Assembly (NCBI GenBank): GCA_033762295.1
Contig: JANRLW010000115.1
Coordinates: forward strand, 1-49,333
Origin: Capsulimonadales bacterium
GTDB lineage: Bacteria; Armatimonadota; Armatimonadia; Armatimonadales; Armatimonadaceae
Reading direction: 5' to 3'
DNA length: 49,333 nucleotides
How positions within the stretch are numbered: the stretch's first letter is position 1; the number at the start of each line of letters is the position of its first letter. The notes under the pieces were generated by a model. That model saw nothing but the letters and a program-made list of their open reading frames with translations, did no database searches and was not told where the DNA came from. Of the stretch, positions 34,907 through 45,009 are shown piece by piece. Both the position numbers and the translations under genes were made by a program.

Positions 34907-36358
34907 ATGAATGTGATCGCACTCGAAATTCTTCTTCTGGGCGGGTTCGGTGCCCGGGTACGGGGAAAACCGCTTCCCCGACTGCGTTCGCGCCAGGGAG
35001 CGCGGCTGCTCGCTCTCCTGGCGATGCGGGCCAACCGGGACGTGGAACGATCCTATCTTGCCGGCATGCTCTGGCCGGACACACCGGAACCGCAGGGACT
35101 CGCTCTCCTGAGACGGGAACTCACCGATCTGCGGAACGCTCTGGGCGAAGAGAAGGAGCGACTGCGCTCGCCGCAACGCCGCGCCCTGCACCTTGACCTG
35201 AACCTCTCCGCCACCGGTAAAGCCTGGGTCGATGTCGGACGCTTCGAGGCGGCCGCCGGTCGTTTGCAGGACCCCGCGCAGATGGATCAGGCGCTGGCGA
35301 TCTACACCGGACCGTTCCTCGAAGGGTTCGACGACGACTGGGTCCTGGCCGAGCGAGAGCGACTCGCCCAGCTTCACCTGACCGTTCTCAAGACGCGCGC
35401 GACGCTCGCCCTCGAACAACGGGAGTTTGACCGCGCCCTGCCCCTGCTCCGACAGGCGATCACCCTGGCTCCCTTTCAGGAGGAGTTCCAGCGACTTCTG
35501 ATGTCCGGTCTGGCACACATCGGCCAGGAAGCCGAAATCGTCACCGTCTACGAGCGGTTGCGCCAGAGACTTCGGCGTGATCTCGGCACGGAACCGCATC
35601 CTGCCACGACCGAACTCTACCAGCGACTGCGCCACCGGGAGGGACCCTCCAAACCCTCCGTATCGGGCGCCCCGGAGGAGATCGTCTGGGATGTTCCGCA
35701 CCTGCCGCCGCCCCGCCCCCTGTCCGCGTCGCCCCAACCCTACTTCGAACGGCCCGCGCGCCTCCTTCCACGGGAGGGCTACTCCGAAAACGAGACCGCC
35801 GTCCGACGCCTTCTGGACTTTCTGACCGATCCGTCACAACGTTTTTCCTCGCGGCTGGTGACCCTGACCGGCCCCGGCGGCGTCGGCAAGACACAACTCG
35901 CCCTGGAAGCGGTTCGACAGCTCCGGTCGCCGACCACCGCCCTCATCGCCCCCCCGTTCGTCGCCGGCATCCATTTTGTGCGCCCGGAAGGGATTCGACA
36001 CAGCCGACAGCTGCCGGAAGCGTTCGCACGCGCCCTTTCCGTCTCCGTCCTGCCGCCGCGACGCCCCCTGGACGCTCTCCTCGATCGACTGCGCACCGAC
36101 ACCGCCGGACAGCGGGACGCCCTGCTCGTGATCGACCGCTTCGACCCGTTTCTCAGGGAGGACGCCGCCGAGGGACTGCGTTTCCTGAACGCCCTGCTGA
36201 ACGGCGTCCCCCATCTCTGGTGCCTGGTCACGTCCCGGCAGGCCCTTCGACTCCCCGGCGAACGCGAAATTCCGGTTGCCGCGCGATCCGCCACCGGGCT
36301 GGTCAGTGAGACGCGTTCGGATTTCACCATCTATACACTCTTCGACGATCCTATCTAA
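34907..36358 (+). CDS. SARP-type regulator (wHTH + BTAD) with truncated STAND ATPase
   Basis: LLGGF..LLALL, LWPD, YTGPFLEG, EP.P.T..LY; GPGGVGKT; ends shortly after TSRQALRLPGE. Confidence 0.8.
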   Translation: MNVIALEILLLGGFGARVRGKPLPRLRSRQGARLLALLAMRANRDVERSYLAGMLWPDTPEPQGLALLRRELTDLRNALGEEKERLRSPQRRALHLDLNLSATGKAWVDVGRFEAAAGRLQDPAQMDQALAIYTGPFLEGFDDDWVLAERERLAQLHLTVLKTRATLALEQREFDRALPLLRQAITLAPFQEEFQRLLMSGLAHIGQEAEIVTVYERLRQRLRRDLGTEPHPATTELYQRLRHREGPSKPSVSGAPEEIVWDVPHLPPPRPLSASPQPYFERPARLLPREGYSENETAVRRLLDFLTDPSQRFSSRLVTLTGPGGVGKTQLALEAVRQLRSPTTALIAPPFVAGIHFVRPEGIRHSRQLPEAFARALSVSVLPPRRPLDALLDRLRTDTAGQRDALLVIDRFDPFLREDAAEGLRFLNALLNGVPHLWCLVTSRQALRLPGEREIPVAARSATGLVSETRSDFTIYTLFDDPI

Positions 36359-36471
36359 ACCGGTCTGAAACGGACCGGCGCAGGAAAGAGGAGTCCGGCG
36401 TCCGCTGTCGAAATGGCAGAAAACCGAAGGCTCCCATCCCGCGCGGATGTCGGAGCGGGAAGGTGCTACCG

Positions 36472-37329
36472 ATGGCGCTGCGTGTATTGACCGGGGAACA
36501 GCCTGGTTTCTTCGAGGAGAACGGCTATGTCGTCGTCTCCGAGGTCGTTCCGAAGGAGAATCTCGACCGGCTGATCCGGGTGATGTTCGACTTTCTGGAG
36601 GCGGACCCGACGAACCGGGATACCTGGTATCCGAAGGACCGCAAGGGAGGAACCCTCGTCTACCTGCACCAGCATCAGGCGATCTGGGACAACCGGCAGG
36701 CGCCGCGCGTCCACGGGGCGTTCGCCGATATCCTGGGTACGGAAAAGCTCTGGGTCTCGATGGACCGCACCTCGCTGAAGCCGCCAATCGATCCGCGCTT
36801 TCCGCACTATGAGGACCGTGGGTTCGTCCACTGGGACATGGACACATCGAAGCCGTTTCCGACCGAAACCCATGTGCAGGGCGTGCTGGCGCTCGCCGAT
36901 ACCACGGAGGAGATGGGGGGATTCTGCTGCATCCCCGGCTTCCATCGGAATCTGAAGGAGTGGATCGACGCGCAGCCGGAGGGACGGGACCCGTTCAGGC
37001 CCGACCTCACCCGGTTACCGGAGGGCATGAAGGTCACTCCGATCCCGATGAAGGCGGGCGACCTGGTGATCTGGAACATCCTTCTGGCCCACGGCAACGG
37101 ACGGAACATGGGCGATCAGCCTCGTCTGGCGCAGTACATCACGATGAGTCGGGCGCGCGACGACTAGCAGGCGCGTCAGGAGCGCATCGCCTGCTGGCGG
37201 GAGCGCAGGGCGCCTCACTACTGGGAGCGGGAGATTCCGGAACCGTATCGGGATCGGGAGAAGGCCAACCCGCCCGCCGAACTGACCCCGCTCGGACGAA
37301 AACTCCTCGGACTCGATCTCTGGGACTGA
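36472..37329 (+). pseudogene. Phytanoyl-CoA dioxygenase (PhyH) family gene interrupted by in-frame TAG at 37165-37167
   Basis: FFEENGYVV, VHWD, AGDLVIWNILLAHGN; frame continues 53 aa after TAG to ..AELTPLGRKLLGLDLWD*. Confidence 0.8.
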
Positions 37330-37338
37330 CCCCGACCG

Positions 37339-38493
37339 TCACTGACCGACGGGGCGTAATCCTGTGGCGGGCCGGTTTGACGGCGGGGTGGTGATGGTGG
37401 CGCGGGTCGCCGATGCGGGCGAAGCCGCCGGTTCCTCGTCCGTGAACACCACCGGACAGCCGACCCGTTGCAGCAACATCGGCGCTTTATGGCGGAATAG
37501 ATGCGTCAGGGCGGACTCCTTCATCGGTTCGGGCAATGTCGGTTTCCGATCCAGCGCGCGCAGACGATCCGCCAGACAGGGGTGGACAACCTCGGAATCG
37601 GTGCGAACGCTGAGCAGAGCGTTGAGCCATCGCTGCGCGGTCAGGCGATCGATCGGCCCGGTGTGCCCGTTCGCGATTGCGACATCGGCCAGTTTGGTCG
37701 CGATCAGGGCAGCGGCAGTTGTATCGGCGCCGACGGCCTGCGCGGACAGTTTGTCCGCCTCGTACTCGTTCTGACGGCGCGCGACGAAGGTGTACGCCGC
37801 GAACAGGGGCACAAACCACGAAAAAAAGCCTGCGAAGAGGAAGAGGCTCGCCCGATCCTCCTCATCCAGCGCCGCCAGCAAGGAAATATAGCTGTAGTAA
37901 ATGCGACGAATGCGCGCGCCGAACCGGCTATGTCCTCCGGCGATATGCCCCATCTCATGCGCCAGAACCGCCCGAAACTGTGCCGGTGACAGCGAGGCCA
38001 TCAGGGGCAGCCCGATCACCAGATAGGAACGATGGCCGCCGAAGATTCCGAAGCGGGGCCTCTGCAGAACGCTGCAGTTGAACTCGTCCGTCAGAAAGAT
38101 GCGATGGAAGCGCGGTACCCTCAATTTCTCCCGCAGGCGATCGATCTCCAAATAAAGAGGGACCGCCTCCTCGTAGGTTACCTCGATCCCCTCCGGTTCC
38201 GGGACACGGATTACGAGGGCGGAAATCAGGGTGCCGATAAAGGCCAGTACCCCGAGACAGACCGGTATCAGCAGTTTCAGCGCCGTCAGACCATGCAGGT
38301 TTCGAAGGATCAGATAGACGAGAAAGCCCAACCCGCCCAGGATCGCGAAGGCCCCCAGAAGAAGGATCAGCAGATAGATGCCGGGCAGAGCGGCCAGCAG
38401 TGAAACACGGAAACGATACAGGCCCGGTCGGTCACGCGCTTCTCGATCCAGGCGTAAAATCAGTGACTCCCAGCGGTAGGTATCCGGGTTCAT
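37339..38493 (-). CDS. M48 (HtpX-like) membrane metallopeptidase
   Basis: N-terminal TMs, AVLAHEMGH, RQNEYEAD, HP.L.DRL. Confidence 0.85.
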   Translation of the reverse strand: MNPDTYRWESLILRLDREARDRPGLYRFRVSLLAALPGIYLLILLLGAFAILGGLGFLVYLILRNLHGLTALKLLIPVCLGVLAFIGTLISALVIRVPEPEGIEVTYEEAVPLYLEIDRLREKLRVPRFHRIFLTDEFNCSVLQRPRFGIFGGHRSYLVIGLPLMASLSPAQFRAVLAHEMGHIAGGHSRFGARIRRIYYSYISLLAALDEEDRASLFLFAGFFSWFVPLFAAYTFVARRQNEYEADKLSAQAVGADTTAAALIATKLADVAIANGHTGPIDRLTAQRWLNALLSVRTDSEVVHPCLADRLRALDRKPTLPEPMKESALTHLFRHKAPMLLQRVGCPVVFTDEEPAASPASATRATITTPPSNRPATGLRPVGQ

Positions 38494-38534
38494 CCGATCT
38501 CCTTGCATCAGGCATTAGATTGCTTGCTATACCT

Positions 38535-38563
38535 ACTATAAACCCGATCGTTCCCCCTGTCAA
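38535..38563 (-). promoter_or_regulatory. sigma70-type promoter for M48 gene
   Basis: Minus strand TTGACA-17 nt-TATAGT. Confidence 0.75.
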
Positions 38564-38573
38564 CCGGTGATGC

Positions 38574-39965
38574 TTAATCGTCCGTGTTCCTCCGCTTCAG
38601 GTAGAGAGCCGCACTGCCGGAGAAGGGCGCGCCGATGACGTGCCGACGACCGCCGGTCAGTCCGTCCACCGGGAACACCTCGCCCGTCAGGATATTGCGC
38701 CACTCTCCCACGAAGTTTCCCGGCGCGTCCCACAGATCGATCCCCTGTGACCCGCCACTCGGCAGGAAGAACAGGTACTCCGTGCCGGGGTCCGCCAGGC
38801 AGTAGGTCGAGGTGCAGAGTCCGTTGTGCGGCAGGCAGCGGTTCAGGTCCATCCGGTCGGCGTACTGCCGGGCATACCCCAGGTTCCGCCGCACCGCGTC
38901 CCAGAGATGGTAGTGACGCGTGTTGAGCGACGCGCCGTTTTTCACCCAGCCGGGCATATCGTTCGGGATCGGTTCCCAGGGGTCCATGAAGAGGACGTTC
39001 ATACCGCGCGTGAACGACTTCCAGATCCAGTCGATCTCCGCTCCGTGCCCCCAGAGGTGGTCGGTATCGTTGAGCACGACCTTGCTACCATCGGCCGCCG
39101 GCGGGTGATACCGATATTCGAAGAGGCGTCCGTTGCTCGGAGAGATCCAGTCGGCATTGGTCGCGAAGAGTTCCTCATTGTTGTGATCGCCCCCCTCCGC
39201 CGTGATACCGACCGGGTGACGTTTCGGCAGGGACGCCTCGCAATCCCGGATCACCCGGACGATATGTTCCGACCAGTCCATCGCCTCCCGGCGATGCGGC
39301 ACTTCGTTGCAGACCTCGAACAGGACATTATCCCGGTCGTTGAGCGTTTCCACCGTCTTGCGAACGTACCGTTCCTGCCAGTGCCGCAATTGCGGGCAGT
39401 TCATCGAATAAAAGTCCCATGCCCGTCCGTTTTCGACGACCGGATCATCGGTGATTCCGTTGACATTGTTTTCCGGGTGCATCGGGTGGAACGGCCAGGG
39501 GTCGTTCTGCGGCGACGCCCACTTGATCGCCCACCCCTCGAACAGCATGATGCTGACATAGATCCCCCGTTCCGCCGCTCTGTCGACCCGGTCACACAGT
39601 CGGTCGAAGTAGGCATCGTTCCAAACGGCCAGATCGAACTTCGGCAGACCGTCGCGCGCCGTTCCGTTCCCGGTTCGGGCGAACGGTTGCGGATCGAAGA
39701 TCGTCGGGATATCGGACCAGGCGGCCCGCCGCGTCTGCATCCATTGCCAGAAGCGGAGGAAGTTGTGTCCGTTCCCCGTCAGCATGTCCAGGAATCCGGT
39801 GTAGTCGGTATTGTGGCGGGGGCCGTTCTCGAGCCACATATCCTGCATCACGGCCCAGGTATGTGACCCGGTCAGGTAGATGGCCTTTCCGGTATCGTCG
39901 GTGAAGTAACGCGGGTTGGCGGGGTTGCGGCGCAACGGCCCCTGAAAGACGGCAGGATTCGGCAT
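38574..39965 (-). CDS. Putative glycoside hydrolase-like TIM-barrel protein (DUF6298/DUF4038-like) with C-terminal beta domain
   Basis: NPRYF..GKAIYLTGSHTW, YFDRL, NVLFEVCNE, NDTDHLWG; start refined to ATG 39965. Confidence 0.65.
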   Translation of the reverse strand: MPNPAVFQGPLRRNPANPRYFTDDTGKAIYLTGSHTWAVMQDMWLENGPRHNTDYTGFLDMLTGNGHNFLRFWQWMQTRRAAWSDIPTIFDPQPFARTGNGTARDGLPKFDLAVWNDAYFDRLCDRVDRAAERGIYVSIMLFEGWAIKWASPQNDPWPFHPMHPENNVNGITDDPVVENGRAWDFYSMNCPQLRHWQERYVRKTVETLNDRDNVLFEVCNEVPHRREAMDWSEHIVRVIRDCEASLPKRHPVGITAEGGDHNNEELFATNADWISPSNGRLFEYRYHPPAADGSKVVLNDTDHLWGHGAEIDWIWKSFTRGMNVLFMDPWEPIPNDMPGWVKNGASLNTRHYHLWDAVRRNLGYARQYADRMDLNRCLPHNGLCTSTYCLADPGTEYLFFLPSGGSQGIDLWDAPGNFVGEWRNILTGEVFPVDGLTGGRRHVIGAPFSGSAALYLKRRNTDD

Positions 39966-40286
39966 GGAACCTCCTTCGGAACAAGCGTCCGTTCCTCCAT
40001 CAGGTTGTTCCCCGCCGACGTCGATCCCTTCTCGCGCCGCGCCGGAGAAAGAGTTCGCGCCGAGAACGCCGAACCGCAGGCGGAGGGCCGCTGCGGTTAC
40101 AGGGCCTGGATTACCGGCGCATACGGACATTAAAACAGACAGAAAACGTCCTACCATGGCATGCCGTAACAGTGCGAAATAATACATAATCGCCCGGAAA
40201 ACCGTTCGATTGTGGCCGAATCCACAAACCTTCGCCCCGTTATCACCGCTATACTTGCGGTAACGCTTAACGATGGAGGCACGTCC

Positions 40287-41078
40287 ATGACGGAGGGTTC
40301 GACACTATCGGTCATCCTTTTCGGGTCTCCTTTTCTCCTCGTCGGGGGGGCGAGCGTGCGCCCCTTGCGCACCCGCCAGGGCTACACGCTGTTCGCCTTT
40401 CTGGCTCTCCGGTCGGGCAAGGCGGTGGATCGGGAATTTATCGCGGCAACCCTCTGGCCGGAAAGTGACCCGGACCATGCCCGGTCCGGACTTCGCCGAT
40501 CCCTCACCGACCTTCGAGAGGCCCTCGGGGAGGCGGCGGGCTGCATCGTCGCGCCGACCGCACACACCCTGATGCTGAACCTTCCGTCGCAAGCCGTCGA
40601 CGTTCCGCACTTCGACTCGTTGCTGGCGGGCGCGTCGCCGGATTCCGGCCGACTGCGCAAGGCGGTCGACCTGTACGGCGGACCGCTACTGGAAGGCTTT
40701 CACGAGGATTGGGTGCAAACGGAACGAACGCGGCGGGAAGCGGCGGTCTGTTCGGCCCTGGATCTTCTTGCCCGCGAATCGCGCGATACCGGAAACCTGC
40801 CGCTGGCGATCGCCTATCTCCGTCAGGGATTATGGATCGACCCGTCCAATGAAGCGTTTCAAAGGGCCTTGATGCTTGCCTATTACGAAAGCGGGAACGC
40901 CGCCGCCATGGTTCGAGTCTACCTTCAGTTCCGCCTGTTCCTGCGGCGGAGCCTCGCCACGGTTCCGTCCACGGAAACGATCGACCTTTTCCGCCGCCTC
41001 CGGAACGGAGAATCGCTGTCGGCCGCTTCCCCCGGGTATAATCGGGAGTATGTCGTCCCGCCGAACCGTCGTCATTAA
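40287..41078 (+). CDS. SARP/BTAD transcriptional activator
   Basis: GGAGG RBS; LFAFLAL, LWPE, LYGGPLLEGF.EDWV, PS.ET..L. Confidence 0.85.
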   Translation: MTEGSTLSVILFGSPFLLVGGASVRPLRTRQGYTLFAFLALRSGKAVDREFIAATLWPESDPDHARSGLRRSLTDLREALGEAAGCIVAPTAHTLMLNLPSQAVDVPHFDSLLAGASPDSGRLRKAVDLYGGPLLEGFHEDWVQTERTRREAAVCSALDLLARESRDTGNLPLAIAYLRQGLWIDPSNEAFQRALMLAYYESGNAAAMVRVYLQFRLFLRRSLATVPSTETIDLFRRLRNGESLSAASPGYNREYVVPPNRRH

Positions 41079-41601
41079 TCTCTTCCATCCCGATCTTTCC
41101 CGTTCCGCCACGAATCGGGTCTGGGCGACGGCGGCCCGGGAGGCCGGTTTCCCCGTGCGCGATCTGTATGCGCTCTATCCCGAAGGCACCCTCGACATCG
41201 CGGAGGAGCAACGGGTCTGCGAGGAGGCCGGGGCGATCGTGTTTCAGCACCCGATGCACTGGTACGGCGCGCCGTGGCTCTTGAAGAAATGGATCGATGA
41301 GGTGCTGACGGGCGGCTGGGCGTACGGTGGCCCGGATCGTCTGGCGGGGAAACGCTGGCGGCAGGCGATCTCGGTCGGCGCGGGCGCGTCGGAATACGGT
41401 CCGGACGGTTCGCGCCGCTACTTCGTCCCCGAGTTCCTGCGCCCGTTCGAGCGAACCGCGGGTTTCTGCCGGATGGAGTTCGATACGTTCTTCCGGTTCG
41501 GCGCGGGCTACAACGACGACGCGACCATTCGTCGGCAGGCCGACGAGTACGTCGCCTGGCTACGGGGCGAGTCGGTTCAGGACCGCCCGGTAGGCTCCTA
41601 G
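41050..41601 (+). CDS. Flavodoxin-fold NAD(P)H oxidoreductase (KefF/KefG/YwrO-like)
   Basis: HPD..S..N, RDLYALYP, FQHPMHWY..P.LLKKWIDEVL. Confidence 0.85.
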   Translation: MSSRRTVVINLFHPDLSRSATNRVWATAAREAGFPVRDLYALYPEGTLDIAEEQRVCEEAGAIVFQHPMHWYGAPWLLKKWIDEVLTGGWAYGGPDRLAGKRWRQAISVGAGASEYGPDGSRRYFVPEFLRPFERTAGFCRMEFDTFFRFGAGYNDDATIRRQADEYVAWLRGESVQDRPVGS

Positions 41602-42561
41602 CAGGCGCTCCGTCTCCTCCGCGTTCTCCATTTCGGCGGCGAAGGCCACGTCGCCCGGAAGCAGGACAACCTGATAGCGTAGTAGACGCTGCAAAAACGC
41701 CTCCCGGTCGCCCCATTCCGACCGATCGCCATACCCGTCGAGCAGCCATTCCAGCGGGAGTTCGGGATCGTTCACCGTAAAGTAGGCGATATCGGCCTCG
41801 GGCGGGCCGCCGTAAAAATCGCCGAAGTCGAGCATACCGGTCAGATTCCCCGTTTCGTCGGCGAAGAAGTGTTCCGCGCTGACATCGGCGTGCAGAAGCA
41901 CCGGTTGCGGACAGGGAAAGTCGACGGTATACCGTTCGATAGCGTTCAGTCCGCGCCGGATCTCGTCGTCGGTCAGGCCGGCCGCGAGCAACAGCGGCGT
42001 CTCCTCCTCCCGTTCGCGCAACGCGGACGCCATCCTCGACGCCCAATCCGGAAAATCCCAGGTACCGTCCGACCGACGGCGGTAAAACCCGTCGACGGCG
42101 ACCGTGTGCAGTCGGCGCAGCGCCTCACCGGCCTGGCGTAGGACACGTTCCTTTTGCGCTCCGGTGAACACGGGCAGCAGATCGACCAGGTTCCTTCCCG
42201 GCAGGCATCTCTGCACCATGACGGGACGCCGAACCCGGTTGATCCGTCGTTCCGTGAGCAGGAGCACTTCGGGAACGGGGACGCCCGCGCGCCCTGCCTG
42301 TTCGAGGGCCCAGGCTTCCTGCTCGTACGGGATATCGCCGTCGCGTCGGATACGAATGACGACGGCGGTTGCGGCGACGGTGCGTACCCGATAGACCTCG
42401 CTGTCGTAGCCGCGAACGATCTTGACGACGCTTTCGGGATCGGGCTCCTGCCCGACCGCCTCGCGTACGATATCGAACAGTGTCGGTCGCGGGGTGCGGA
42501 ATCCGGCGTGCAGCCGGGTGACCGCCGGTTCCACCCCTTCGTCCGGCAACTCCCTCTTCAC
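41560..42561 (-). CDS. Aminoglycoside phosphotransferase / choline kinase family protein
   Basis: GYDSEVYR, EAWAL, VPVPEV, LLHADVSAEH, MLDFGD. Confidence 0.8.
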   Translation of the reverse strand: MKRELPDEGVEPAVTRLHAGFRTPRPTLFDIVREAVGQEPDPESVVKIVRGYDSEVYRVRTVAATAVVIRIRRDGDIPYEQEAWALEQAGRAGVPVPEVLLLTERRINRVRRPVMVQRCLPGRNLVDLLPVFTGAQKERVLRQAGEALRRLHTVAVDGFYRRRSDGTWDFPDWASRMASALREREEETPLLLAAGLTDDEIRRGLNAIERYTVDFPCPQPVLLHADVSAEHFFADETGNLTGMLDFGDFYGGPPEADIAYFTVNDPELPLEWLLDGYGDRSEWGDREAFLQRLLRYQVVLLPGDVAFAAEMENAEETERLLGAYRAVLNRLAP

Positions 42562-42594
42562 AGGCGTCCCCTTCCTGACACCGGGAGACCGGAC

Positions 42595-43827
42595 CTACGG
42601 ATGTTCCGGAATCACAGGGTCACCTCGCAGGACCAGGACTCCGTAACGGCCGGGATACCAGCGGATCTTCGTCCGGTTGTCGCCATAAAGGTCCGCGAGC
42701 CGATCCAACGCCTCACGAAGGGGTAGATCCTTCACCTGAAACGTCCGTTGAACCTTTTCGCGACCATCAAAAGAATCGATATGGGCCAGTACGGGCACCT
42801 GATAGGTTTCACGGATGCGTCGGATCGCATTTATCAGGGTCATTTCGCCACCTCGTATCGTTCCCTTGCGATCGAACGCTTTCCTTTTCTTGTTCTCTTC
42901 GCGTACGGACGGTTCCTCCGGACGGTAGATCGGGCGCGTATCGGGAAACTCCCGGATCGGGATCGGCGGCGTATCCGCTTCCGAATCGTGTTCTACGCCT
43001 TCCTTTCCTTCATGACGCATCGGGGGTTGTTTCAAAAAGATGGCGAAGCCGTTGAAACCCGTCGGACCGTCCAGGCGAACAAAATAGGAGCGAAAACTGG
43101 TGAAGTTCCCCGGCTCGATCTTGATCTTTGCCTGGCGAACTTCCGCTGACGGAACTCCGCGCGGCGTTTTGACTCCCTCTTTCTCCTGTGAACGATAGGT
43201 GTGCCGATTGATCGCGTCCACCATCTGTTCCAGAAAATCCTGCATCGGTTCAGGCAGTTCACGCACGTTCACCATTTGGTCGGGAGATTCCGGGTTCAAC
43301 ATTGCGAACTTCCGTTTCGACGACAACTGATCGAAATGGCGAAAAAAATGCTCCCCCGCCGCGAAAGCGATCTTTTGTTCCTCGGAGCTATGCTTGATAA
43401 AGTCATACTCCAGAGCAAGATTACGAATCAGGGTGTACTCCGTGGGTGAGTCTCGCCGCCAACCCAGTTGGTAAACGGCTGCGACAGCCTCCATAACGGC
43501 GCGAACCGGCACCTTTTCCGCCGCCACGTAAACCAATTCGGAACTACCCGTCCCGAGCGTTCTCTTCGACATCTTCCCCGCCACCTGAAGAAGCTTATCC
43601 ATCCGACAGACACGCGGCGCCATACGAAACGGTCGATTCAGCGCAGGGTCATCATGGAAGAGTCCGTCCGTTCGCCGTGCCGCTTCGATGCGCTCGAACT
43701 CCGCAAACGCCTCCTGTGGCGTTTGTTTCGGAGACGCCGACACGATCGCCAGGGTTCCGGCCGAGGCAACGATAACGAGCACCATCCACAGACCGAACCG
43801 TAACGTCGGATTAAAACGCGATCGCAT
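42595..43827 (-). CDS. Hypothetical secreted protein with STN-like segments
   Basis: N-terminal signal/TM; VPVRAVMEAVAAVYQLGW and DLPLREALDRLADLY motifs; GAGG RBS. Confidence 0.6.
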   Translation of the reverse strand: MRSRFNPTLRFGLWMVLVIVASAGTLAIVSASPKQTPQEAFAEFERIEAARRTDGLFHDDPALNRPFRMAPRVCRMDKLLQVAGKMSKRTLGTGSSELVYVAAEKVPVRAVMEAVAAVYQLGWRRDSPTEYTLIRNLALEYDFIKHSSEEQKIAFAAGEHFFRHFDQLSSKRKFAMLNPESPDQMVNVRELPEPMQDFLEQMVDAINRHTYRSQEKEGVKTPRGVPSAEVRQAKIKIEPGNFTSFRSYFVRLDGPTGFNGFAIFLKQPPMRHEGKEGVEHDSEADTPPIPIREFPDTRPIYRPEEPSVREENKKRKAFDRKGTIRGGEMTLINAIRRIRETYQVPVLAHIDSFDGREKVQRTFQVKDLPLREALDRLADLYGDNRTKIRWYPGRYGVLVLRGDPVIPEHP

Positions 43828-43906
43828 CCTTACCTTCCTCTCAAAACCATAAAACGGAACAACACGGTCGAGAACGCATTTCGACCGTGTTGTTCGGGGT
43901 TTTCGT

Positions 43907-44380
43907 CTACTTGCGCGGCAGTGGTAGTGGCGTACTTTTCTTGGATTTCGCCAGCAACACACGCGTATTTTTCTTCACGTGGTGCAACGTAAAGATATAC
44001 TTTCCCGTGGTTGGGCGAAGAGCGGTCGTCAAAGTATCCTTTTTGGTCACTCTGTAAACGATTCCGCTTCCTGACGGACTCCCAACGTCGGCACGTTCGG
44101 TACCGCCGCTCACGAAATACGGCGTCGCACCGTTTTTGGCCATATCGACCCACGAAAGCGCGAAGGCAACCAGTTGGTTCTTTGTTTGGAACTCGGCCTG
44201 CCATTCATACCAGACTTGATCGCCCCATACTTTTCGATCGCCGACTACTTGCGTTCGAACGCCATCGAAAACGAGAATTCTCCCCCTCCCGGTATTTTGA
44301 TTTGTCCGGGCAAAACAGGGAACCGATCCTGGCAAAACGAACGCACAAAGCACACAACACACTCGAAACGACCGGAACAT
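43907..44380 (-). CDS. Hypothetical secreted protein
   Basis: Strong AGGAGG RBS, signal-peptide-like N-terminus. Confidence 0.6.
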   Translation of the reverse strand: MFRSFRVCCVLCAFVLPGSVPCFARTNQNTGRGRILVFDGVRTQVVGDRKVWGDQVWYEWQAEFQTKNQLVAFALSWVDMAKNGATPYFVSGGTERADVGSPSGSGIVYRVTKKDTLTTALRPTTGKYIFTLHHVKKNTRVLLAKSKKSTPLPLPRK

Positions 44381-44870
44381 GACCTCCTCCTTCAGGGAAA
44401 TCTGCTACCGGTTAAGGGTTACCATGATCCACTGCCTGCTTCCAGTGGACAATTGATGCCATCGGGGACTCGTTCTATCGAAGCATTATCGGCAGGGAAA
44501 ACGACCCGGTTTTCCCGGAGGTCGGAGGGACCGTGCGTCCGCAGGCCCGCGAGTACACGTACCGGATCAGTGAGCCTCAGGGCTAAGACCGAGAATTCCG
44601 ATAACGACACGACAAAGATCGTGTCGTTCGTCGGGAACGCGATAGAGGGTCACGTCCTGAACGAAGTGCCGTTCCCGTCGATGGAGAATCACAAACTGCC
44701 AGATGGTGCCGATCGAAACCGCTCCGTACAGACTCTCCGTTTCCGCCGGTGTCCCGGTGTCGACGGCGGACATTTCGGCGACCGGTTGGGACGTTCCCCG
44801 CTCCATGTCCGCGTTCTTTGCCGCTCCCTGCGGAATGCGCCCATCGTTGCCCGATTTCTAAGGTCCGCAC

Positions 44871-44914
44871 AAAAAACGGCCTGTATACGAAAATAGTATA
44901 CAGGCCGTCTTTTA
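44871..44914. terminator. Intrinsic terminator, probably bidirectional
   Basis: aaaaa-acggcctgtatac-gaaaata-gtatacaggccgt-ctttt, 13-bp stem downstream of the prepilin gene. Confidence 0.8.
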
Positions 44915-45009
44915 TTGATCAAGCGTCACCTTACGGGCGGGTGCGCGGTTGGTTCGTACGTCGGTACAACCGGAGGCCGGAGTGACCGTACGTCCGTTCT
45001 CAACATCGC

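Noticed and set aside
37165..37167. Pyrrolysine or stop-codon reassignment at the PhyH TAG
   Set aside because: Other genes here end normally at TAG (glgX, VOC, PEP-CTERM) and no pyl genes are visible
41050..41601. KefF/KefG-like protein as ancillary subunit of the K+ channel at 4770
   Set aside because: About 35 kb away; the channel is not KefB/KefC type; such flavodoxin-fold proteins are commonly stand-alone
41560..42561. Bona fide aminoglycoside resistance gene
   Set aside because: Only generic APH/choline-kinase motifs; substrate cannot be inferred
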